Shown here piece by piece: positions 52,940-64,000 of a DNA stretch of 64,000 nt; the stretch's first letter is position 1, and each line of letters begins with the position of its first letter. The DNA lies in the NCBI RefSeq assembly GCF_006345805.1, contig NC_042997.1, positions 150,040,001-150,104,000 of the forward strand. The letters run 5' to 3'. The notes below the pieces were generated by a model that was given only the letters and a program-made list of their open reading frames with translations, searched no databases and was not told the DNA's origin. Origin of the DNA: Octopus sinensis (Eukaryota). The translations under genes and the position numbers were made by a program.

Positions 52940-53749
52940 ATATACCTATAACTATATACAGACAGTATATATGCATACACATATGCATATAATATCTATC
53001 TGTATGTACACACACACACATATATATATATATATACACACATCACACACATATACATATGGCATTCTGCCTATGAATAGAAAAAAAACTGTTAGTGTTT
53101 TTGCTTGTGTTGCTCTTCCTTATTGCAATACTTATCGTTGTTATTGTTGTACTTGGTGTCCCTCTTTGATATTGCCGGTGTTGCTCTTCGTGATGTAAAT
53201 ACTGTTGCCCATAGATGCTGTTATTGTTGTTTTGATTGCTGTTTTTTGTTTTCCCATAAGTTCTCCCCCTTATCATCCTACTGTCGTAAGATACGCGCTA
53301 CTCCTATCATTACGCGAACTCAGACACACACACACACACGCGTTAAAAGTCGTACACAAAATACTCATACCAAACCTTTCGAATATAAGTAATTTTGTTT
53401 GTAGCGCGCGCACGCGCATTCCCTCCCCCCACTCACACACATTTGGATAGATAGATGATTGTATGGATGGATGTATGGAGGGATGACCTGGATGTAAAAG
53501 GAGGTTCTCCATCTGTTTCGGCAATCAGGTCTCAACTGTAAGCTCAACAAAATTACCTGCACATATAGTATTAAACTCGAAGTGAGTGAACTCTCAACAT
53601 AGACACGTGTATCTGAAACGTTGTCGGCAGGCACATGTGTGTGTCAGTGTGTAAACTTACATAATTTATATATGCATATACACACACATACACATACACT
53701 CGCATACATATCATTATACAAAATACATACGCACACACATACATTTATA

Positions 53750-54042
53750 TATAATATATATATTATATAGTATAGTATATATATATATGTGGTATGCATG
53801 TATATATATAATGTATGTATATATATATATATATGTATATATATGTTATATATGTATATATATTGTATATATATGTATTATATATGTATATATATATATG
53901 TATATATATATGTATATATATGTATACTAATATAATGTATATATATGTATATATATGTAATATATATATGTGTATATATATGTATATATATATGTATATA
54001 TATATGTATATATATATGTATATGTATATGTAAATGTATATA

Positions 54043-54077
<35 letters not shown>

Positions 54078-55020
54078 ATATATGTATATGTATATATATA
54101 TGTATACTTATATATATATATGTATATTTATATATATGTATGTATATGTATAAATATTTGTATATGTATATATATATATGTATACTTATATATATATATA
54201 TATGTATATTTATATATATATATGTATATTTATATATATGTATGTATATGTATAAATATTTGTATATGTATGTATATGTATAAATACATGTATATGTATG
54301 TATATGTATATATATATATGTATATTTATATATATATGTATATGTATATATATGTATATGTATATGTATATATATGTATATGTATATATATATATGAATA
54401 TATATGATTATATATGTATATATATGTATATGTATATATATGTATGTATATATATATGTATGTGTATATATATGTATGTATATATATATGTATGCATATG
54501 TATAAATATATATGTATATATATATATACATATGTGTATAAATATATATGTATATATATATATACATATGTATATATATATATGTATGTATATGTATATA
54601 TATATATGTATGTATATGTAAATATATATGTATATATATATATATATGTATGTATATGTAAATATATATATATATAAATATATATGTATGTATATGTATA
54701 TATATATGTATGTATATGTATACATATATGTATATATATTTATATATATATGCATATGTATATATATATATGTATGTGTGTATATATATATATATGCATA
54801 TGTATATATGTATGTATATATATATGTGTGTATATATATATATGCATATGTATATATTGTATGTGTATATATATATATATATGTATATATATATGTCTGT
54901 ATATCTATATATATATGTATGTGTATATATATATGTATATATATGTCTGTATATCTATATATATATGTATGTGTATATATATATGTATATCTATGTATGT
55001 ACATCTATATATATATGTGC
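53750..55020. repeat. ~1.25-kb degenerate (TA/TG)n alternating purine-pyrimidine array
   Basis: Almost entirely TA/TG steps; source of many Y/I/M/C/V-rich ORFs. Confidence 0.97.
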
Positions 55021-55411
55021 ATATATATTCTGTGCATACCTACAAATGCATACAAAACTATTTATCATTACTAATTTAACAGCCTGTATGAAATAACACT
55101 ATTAAACGCCAATATCTTCTCCCCAACATATACTGCAATGCATTGATGGACACATGCACATTGCATTCACCTCTGCTCGGTCATTCCTTTGTGCAGACTT
55201 GCATCCAAAGTGCAGGCAGAGGTGGCGTATTTTTGTCGGAATTAAGTGCAAGGCTTTCTCTTTTTCCCTGACTCATCTCTCACTCTTTCTTTCTCTCTTT
55301 ACGTTTTTCTCTTTCATTATTTATATAGCTTTATTCTTCATTCTCGGCCTGTTTATCGATTTATTGATTTGGCGCTGAATGTATCTAGCTGTCTAAATAT
55401 CTATCTGTCTG

Positions 55412-55455
<44 letters not shown>

Positions 55456-55467
55456 CCTATCTATCTA

Positions 55468-55524
<57 letters not shown>

Positions 55525-55528
55525 TTAT

Positions 55529-55568
<40 letters not shown>

Positions 55569-55872
55569 TTTTCTATCTGTCTGTCTATCTTATTTTCTTG
55601 TCTCTTTTTCTTTCCCTGTTTCTCTAAACAATCAAGGAAGCAGCCTCCACATCCCCTCTCTCTCCCTACCACTTTCTCTCTTACTCTCTCTCAGACACAG
55701 ACACCCACTCACCTATATCAATTTATCAATCTCTCTCTCTCTTTCTCTCAATGCATTTATGTAAATACAGACACACACACACTTACATACTTATATAAAT
55801 ATATATATCTATATATCTCTCTCTATATATATTTCCGCGTGTATGTTTGTATCTATATATATGTGTGTGGGT

Positions 55873-55934
<62 letters not shown>

Positions 55935-56663
55935 GTGAGTGCGTATGTGTAAACATATATATATATAAATATATGTATATATATATATATGTGTGTGTAC
56001 ACACACACACATACAAGGAGATATCGAAATCGAGGGAGAGAGAATATCCGCCTTCCTCCTCTCATGGCTTGTATATTCTCCATATGTCCCCATATATTTT
56101 CTTCTGTCTTACCCAATTTTAACATTTTACTCGTATGAAGGCCACCTAGGTTTTCTTAATCACACACACACACACAGCCTCCATACCTATAGTAAAATGT
56201 ATTCCATAGTGTTTCGCACTTCTGTCTTTCCTTATTACTATATTTCTCCTGATCTTACAACTTCACACTTCATCTCCATTTACAAACATTACAAACAGAC
56301 TCACACGCACGCACAGAACGTGCGCACAACATTATCACATCTGTATATCCCCTCTGTCTTTCTTTCTCTCTCTCTCTCTTTCGGTCTTTCTTTGTTTGTC
56401 TCTCTATCCCGCTGTTTCATTCTCTCTCTCTCTCAACGGTAATTTCTCAAACAGATCTAACTCAGTCACTCATGCACTCAGCATGTTTCAACCCACCACA
56501 GTCCTACATGTGACCCCGTCACGTTCTCTCTCTCCTCTTTGTCATATACAAACACACATATATTCATATAGGTGTATAATTCCTCTTGTTTTTTTCATTG
56601 TATTCACGTTATATAAATATGTATCTGCCTATCTTTCTGTCTATCTCTCCCTCACTTTCTATT

Positions 56664-56771
<108 letters not shown>

Positions 56772-57452
56772 GTGTGTATGTATGTATGTATGTAGCTATC
56801 TATCTATGTGTGTATGTATGTATGTATGTAGCTATCTATCTATATGTCTATGTATGTATGTATGTATCTATCTATCTATATGTCTATGTATGTAAGTATG
56901 TATCTATTAATCTATATACATGTGTGAGTGTGGGTGGGTGTATATATATAGGGAGAGAGGGAGATATGTATTTTGTATGTATAAGCACACACAGACACAC
57001 ACGCACGCGCACACACACATATGCATCAACCTAATGGAACTGGTTTTGCGGAAACCCTGTTTGCTGTGCCTTTAATTCAATACTCCTACAGCTCTCTCTT
57101 TGTCTTCAAACGGCCATCTATTTCCTCATCTTTCCATCAAACCCACTATTTCTCAACCCCTGTTTGCCTATGGATTCCTTTCTTATTCTACTAAACCCTC
57201 ATAGCTAATCAATATTTTAAAAATCCTGTTATATATTGTTTTTATAATTAAATACTATTAGGAATTATGTAAAAAGAAATTGTGAAAACATTTTGTGCAT
57301 TGTTGATATATAGCCAATTTTATATGAACCCTAGGGTGATATGGATCGCGGTTGAGAACTAATACAGTAACAATATATAGTCGCCCGAAAACTTATCTCA
57401 TTTCCTTACTACTTCAAGGGCCGAGTAGATAATTTACTCTTCGATTTACTCC

Positions 57453-57490
<38 letters not shown>

Positions 57491-57499
57491 TAATAATAA

Positions 57500-57866
57500 T
57501 CCTTTGTACTATAGGGCACAAGGCCTGGAATTTGGCAGGAAGGGACTAGTCGATTACATCGATCCCCAGTGTTTCATTGGTACTTAATTTATCGACCCCG
57601 GAACGGCGGAATTTGAACTCAGAACGTAGCGGCAGACGAAATACCTATTTCTTTACTACCCCACAAGGGGCTAAACATAGAGAGGACGAACAAGGACAGA
57701 CTAACGGGTTAAATCGATTACATCGACCCCACTGCTTAACTGATACTTATTTAATCGACCTCGAAAGGATGAGAGGCAAAGTCGACCTCGGCGGAATTTG
57801 AACTCAGAGCGCAGCGGCAGGCGAAATACGGCTAAGCATTTTGCCCGGCGTGCTAACGATTCTGCC

Positions 57867-57868
<2 letters not shown>
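57500..57868 (-). mobile_element. SINE family B dimer, younger-tail unit followed by older-tail unit
   Basis: Head about 57830-57868; unit 57646-57829 has the GGGGCTAAAC/CCACAAG tail; unit 57500-57645 has the GCACAAGGCC tail and an internal deletion; flanked by (AAT)n on both sides. Confidence 0.82.
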
Positions 57869-57924
<56 letters not shown>

Positions 57925-59215
57925 TTGATCAGATGGTCGTGCATCAGTGAATTTTCATTATTGGGTTTTTAAAACAGGGACAGTATGAAGCTTAATCGCA
58001 TTCAACACTTATATTTGTTATTGTAGCTTTTTTAGCCCCCAGGAAATCGGTAAACGAATAGACAGGCCTTTTATCGAAAGGCTTTTAAACCATGACTATC
58101 TCATAGGGTTTGTCTTTTTAGTTTTCGCAAGGAATCATTCCAGGTCTACATTGTGCAGTTTATACCGATCTGATTGAGGGGAGAGTAGGTTACGATTTCT
58201 AATAAGTCTAACGATCACTTTGTGAGTCTCTTTCACGTTTGCTATGCAGTTTTCCTCGTTTCAACTATTCCTACTGCACATGTTCATTCATACATTCGCT
58301 TATTCGTTCGTTCGATCTTTCCTCAATTCGTTAGCTTATATGTTCCTTCCTTCCGAACAGCTCATGTACTGTTGAAACTAACAGTTCGAGTGCATTGAAA
58401 CACAGAACATGCTGAGTTGCACTCTGCTGCACATGTCTCAAATCAACATCCGACATACTGCATATTTCAAATTAAGTTGTTCTAAATGCGGTATACATTT
58501 TAAAACACACACACACACACACACACACACTTGTGTCTGTGCGTTTGTATAAATATAACATAATATTATATTATATTATATTGTGTTATATTATATTATA
58601 TAAATTTGCGAATGGCTGTAGATATATGCAGACACACATCGAAGTACCATACCAGAATGGATAAAATGTTCGGTTCTTATCCACAAGACCCCGGGTTCGA
58701 TCCTGTTACGAATCATTTTCGACAAATCTGGTCATCAGCAGCCTCAGATTACCTGGAAAGTGAAATTAGGCCTACAGAAACTACCCAGAAGCCCATCGTT
58801 TCTTTTAGAGAATTCGGTTAATGTTCAGCCACATAAAATCAAATCTAGTGCACAGGCAACTCACCTGATCGAGTAAATTCATTCATATATATATATATAT
58901 ATACATAAATAGGAAATGAAAGCGTACTCACTACATTTACTGGAGTACAGTTATTTGTATATGAAGTTGAAGTACCACACTGTTGCTAAGGAAGATTTCT
59001 CACGTGATTCGATCGTTCAGAGCACAACGGTTTTGTTGTCACTAGAAAGATCGCATCCAGCGGTGTTAACTGCGAATAATGATCGAGCGAATGACTAGCT
59101 CCACACAAACCATGTGTGTGCGCGCGTGTATATGTGTATGTATGTATGTATGTATGTATGTATGTATGTATGTATGTATGTATGTATGTGTGTGTACTCA
59201 TACACATGCACAAGG

Positions 59216-59247
<32 letters not shown>

Positions 59248-59828
59248 GTGTGTGGATAAATTGGTGAGTAAAAAAAAAACGTAATTCATGCATTGAACGT
59301 TGATGAGTTATTTAATTGATATTAAAATAATATTAGTCGACGACTAATAACAGTTTCCACTGCCAGTGAGGAAAACAGCTCCAGACATGTGTTGTTTTAT
59401 TGGAACACTTCAACGAAGTGCAGTCACAATATAACATGCCAGAGTAATTAGCTATTATCGATTAATTAAATAAATATACGGAAATGTGAATTTATTGACG
59501 TTGTGTCAGAGAGAAAAAAAATGAAAAAAAAAAGGCATTGATAATAATAATGATTAAAATTAGTGATTTACGTCAATGCAGTTGGGGAAAATTGAATATA
59601 AATAAAAGGAAAAATCAGAATTGAAGTTTTACATTAAAGTATTATATTAATTTTAATAGATTTCGGGTAAAAGTACTCCTTATCAAAGTAATAAAAGACA
59701 GAAGGACTGTGTCAGATCTACATAAGTTAAAAAAATTTTCAAGAAATGATACTCTCATATTTTTACTCTTGATGTTGTTTTCCCTTCTTTTTTCCTTTGT
59801 GTGTGTGTGTGTGTGTGTGTGTGAGTGA

Positions 59829-59881
<53 letters not shown>

Positions 59882-61134
59882 ATGCGCAGGTGTATGATCA
59901 AAGACATTCAGACCAGGATTATCTTCCTTTCTTTAAGGCAGAGTGTAAATCTGGATTAGAACTGTATTATTCTAGATACGCAACACATACCTTATTCTTT
60001 CTAAGTCGCTAAGTTTTAATATGAGAGAGGTCCGCGTGCTACTTTCAACAGATCGAGCGACCAAGTAGAAGTTCCTTCTTCTATCATAAGCTCGACTTTT
60101 CTGCATGATAGTTAGTCGTTACTTGGAAAGAATCTTGTCTAATGCTTATAGAACTAGGTCTGGATTAGGAGAACCGGCTTAGAGTGGAATAAAAAGGCCT
60201 TGCAATGTGTTCTGTGGCTCCTTCTGAGTTCGAATCACATCAGAGTTTCATTTGCTTTAAAACATTCCAGTCATTAACAATGAATAAACAATCAGGCACA
60301 TATAAACACAGTGTGTGTGCGTATGTGTGTGTGTGTATGTGTGTGTGTGTATTCGTGTACGTTTTATATTTCATTCGTTTTTTAAACTTTATTTTTTGTT
60401 TGTGAACGTCGAAATTATACGTCCGTAAAAAATAATAAAAATATAATCCTTGTTTCTCTTATGATTAACAATTACACCAGCGATAAATTGAAACTGAACC
60501 CCTTTGTCAAATACATGAGAAACTGAATTGTCATAATGTGTATCCATAATATAATAATAAAAGCGCTTATGGATTTGTATAACAACTTTATCATGTCATA
60601 TTTGGCTACGTTCAGTTTGCATCTCTCCACCCCTTGTTAAACTATGCGTCGTTCCAGTTTGCAAACTAATTAATACTAATAGTTGAACACAATGTACAAA
60701 TTTTGTCAAGAAAAACCTCTACGTAGTGATACAGCAAGGTCGTAAATTCTCCGACTGAAATGAGTCAAAGAGTAAAATATATATCTATATTTATCATTGA
60801 CTGCACGCGTTTGCATTACTTAATATGTCATGCTAATGAGATCATTTATCTTGTGTGTAACAATCGATGACCAGAATCATTAGTGGCGCTTTACTCATCT
60901 GATCACTCTCCAAAATACATATTGTTTCTATGTCAGTTATAAACCTATTCATTTCATTGAATGCTCTGATAGCATAAAGGTCTAAGTCATAAACTTAATC
61001 GTCAAATATAACTATTTACAATATAACTACTTACATATTAGGAGGAAAAAATACAGTGTATACAACGAATTTTGTGAGTACACTTGCTTTTCTTTGTGAA
61101 ACCACTTTCAAATTATACAGTCATATACGTGTGC

Positions 61135-61167
<33 letters not shown>

Positions 61168-61368
61168 TAAAAGCAAGAATACACGCATTTATGTATGTGT
61201 GTGTGTGTGGTGCATATGTATATATATTTATTAACACAAACATATACACAAGGTATAACGTATGTACGTGTATGTAAAAATAGAATGCACAAACATACAG
61301 TCGTGTTGGTGTGCGTTTCATATACATACATATATGTGTAATCTATTCAATTGTACACAAGCTCACAC

Positions 61369-61414
<46 letters not shown>

Positions 61415-61878
61415 GAAGAGAGAGAATAATGAGACAGAGAGTGAGAGAGAAAAATAGAAGAATGAGCTATATACACCTACACATTACACACATGCACATA
61501 TCAAATGTTATTAGATATTGTTGGAGAACGTCTGGTTGCACGTGTCTCTTGCTCCATTTCGCTTTAGCTCAATTGCAAAGAGCTAAGTCTATGACAAAAT
61601 TCCTATGAAATAGCCATGAACTTCTTGGAAGCAAATATTTAGAACAAGCACACTGTTATTTATAGGTAATTTTAGAGAGATTATATTACAAAACTCAGTA
61701 TGATGTAATTGCTAATACATCTGCTGGGTAAGTGAAACATAGTTAGTTCGATCCGAGAAGTATTAGTATTAGCTTTTGTTTTTCTTTTTTGTACTTTTGG
61801 GATTCCTAACAGACTGTAAATGTTTAACGTTATAATTGTTTCGTTATATACAGAACACAATCTAATGTCTATTAATAC

Positions 61879-61937
<59 letters not shown>

Positions 61938-62559
61938 CGTATGTGCGTACATGCATGTATATAAAGTGTGTGTATATATGTCTGTATTTATATGTATATA
62001 TATGTTTGCGCGCATCAAACGTGATACGCATGTGTGTATGCATATATATATATATACATACTTATACGTATTTTTATAATTTATCTTTGTCTGTTTGTCT
62101 CTCTCTCCCTCCTCTCTCTCTCTATATGTATATATATGTACATACAAGTATATATATATATATACGTATATATGTGTGTATATATTCGTATATATATGTG
62201 TATATATACATTTGTATATATGTATATATATTATATACACACATACACACACACACATATATGCTCACACACATGCACACATCCATGTATACATAATGCA
62301 TATATGTCTATATTGTTATATATGTATTTACATATGCATAAGTATGTGCACATGTGTGTGAGTATATGCAAGAGAGATGCAGAGACAGAGTTAGAATAAC
62401 AGAAAGCGAGATTAGACGAGGGAATACAACACAGACATACTCTTAGAAGAACAATGCAGCAAAATGTGAGAAAGAAGACCCACATATATGAGTATGAATG
62501 TGTATATACATACACGAGCTCTTGTGACACAAAACCACAATCACATACACATTGTGTAT

Positions 62560-62597
<38 letters not shown>

Positions 62598-62833
62598 GCT
62601 TCGTTATAGACAAGTTCAACCATGTTCATACACGCATTACATACGTAGCTGTTACATTCACATTCGTACACATCATCACTCGTTCTCACACATTAACATA
62701 CTTGCATATACCAGCTCTCTCTCTCTCCTTCTCTCTTTCTATCCCTTTCTCTTTCTATCTCTTCCTCTTGTTTACATAATCTGCAGACACACACGTATTG
62801 TACAAATTCCATACTTATTTACAAACACGCACT

Positions 62834-62873
<40 letters not shown>

Positions 62874-63416
62874 TGCATATTTTGTCACTTTAGCGCACAC
62901 ACAATCTTATCATTCTCCCATACATTCATACACACATAAATTTCTACCTACATATATACATGTTTCGTGTACACTCATACACAAATCACAGATTATCATT
63001 CATATACAACTCTGTAAAGTTATAAAATTCACACAAACCCACGTATATACATACATACATACATACATACACACCGAAAAATAAATTTACATGAATAAAT
63101 AGACGAGCGTTTCAACAACTCACTAATACATAGAACAGAGCATTCAAGCATGCACGCATTCAAAAATCTATGTATATATTTCGTTTGTTTGTTTTTAGCA
63201 TGCAGATAAATGTATAATTGTGCAAGCAAGCATGCTATTAAGTGTTATTAGCAAGGACGATATTATTTTAGCAGAAAAATATAAAATTACGCAAGCATAT
63301 GAGAAAAATACAAGAACACACAGTGTTAAAAATTCTGATGATAAGGTGGGGTGGGGTGAATAGCAATAGAGATTTTCTTTACTTTAATTATTTATTACAG
63401 CTTTCTCCGTTTATTA

Positions 63417-63472
<56 letters not shown>

Positions 63473-63585
63473 GCTTTTATTACTACTATTGTAGTTGTTT
63501 TTTTGTTATGTTGTTCTTGTTCTTATTGATGCCATTGTTATCGCTGTTACCGCCGTTGTTGTTGCTCCTTTTGTTTTTGTTGAGA

Positions 63586-63619
<34 letters not shown>

Positions 63620-63652
63620 GTTATTATCGTTATTATTATTATTATTATTATA

Positions 63653-63845
63653 GCGTCGAAATGGCGGAATCGTTACCGGAGAAAATGCTTAGCCCCATTT
63701 CTCACGGCTCTTTTACGTTCTTGTGTTCAAATATTGCCAAGATCGATTTTTGCTTTTTTTCAATTCCGGATCGAGGAAATAAGTAAACGTTGAGGACAGG
63801 GTAGCAGCTTCCCAGAAATTTCAAGCCCTGTGCCTTTAAAAAAGA
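63653..63845 (+). mobile_element. SINE family B, heavily diverged
   Basis: TGGCGGAATCGTTACC...AAATGCTTAGC...GTTCAAAT...GAAATTTCAAGCCCTGTGCC. Confidence 0.6.
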
Positions 63846-64000
63846 TAATAATAATAATAATTATTGTTGTTGTTCTTGTCATTGTTGTTGTTATTGTTGT
63901 TGTTGTTGTGTGGTGATTCAGAGTTGGACACAATACCTTGCGTTGTTTAGTTATATGCCTTTACTATCCGATTTCAAATCCCGCCACTATCAGTTTTGGC

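Noticed and set aside
58705-58745. Minus-strand CUGAUGA...GAAA
   Set aside because: Stem II would overlap the core, stem III and stem I do not form, and it lies in a degraded SINE A relic.
59332-59350. TATTAGTCG-A-CGACTAATA palindrome
   Set aside because: Too short to be meaningful in 64 kb of AT-rich DNA without other support.

Overview
Eukaryotic, AT-rich and microsatellite-saturated DNA with no confidently identifiable host gene, so it is intergenic or deep intronic. The repeat complement (tRNA-derived SINE families, CR1/L2-type LINE ends, abundant TA/CA/GATA arrays) is what I associate with octopus (cephalopod) genomes; this is inferred from sequence, not verified. Nearly all short ORFs in the supplied track are microsatellite artefacts. 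Coding-derived sequence is limited to relics: two CR1/L2-like LINE RT 3' ends, a Tc1/mariner transposase fragment and a heavily decayed Penelope-like GIY-YIG region. Also present are three SINE families (called A, B, C here), a complete non-autonomous Helitron, a hAT MITE and a 100-N gap. The strongest unexpected signal is a set of minimal type I hammerhead ribozymes in unrelated short repeats: one intact (12780-12822), one near-intact (1872-1922, mirrored at 4719-4768) and one decayed (15072-15111). Other notable structures are a LINE/SINE shared 3' tail with a covarying stem-loop, recurrent head-plus-tandem-dimer SINEs, a ~384-bp genomic hairpin, and a 2.9-kb palindrome and 1.3-kb tandem duplication that may be assembly artefacts.
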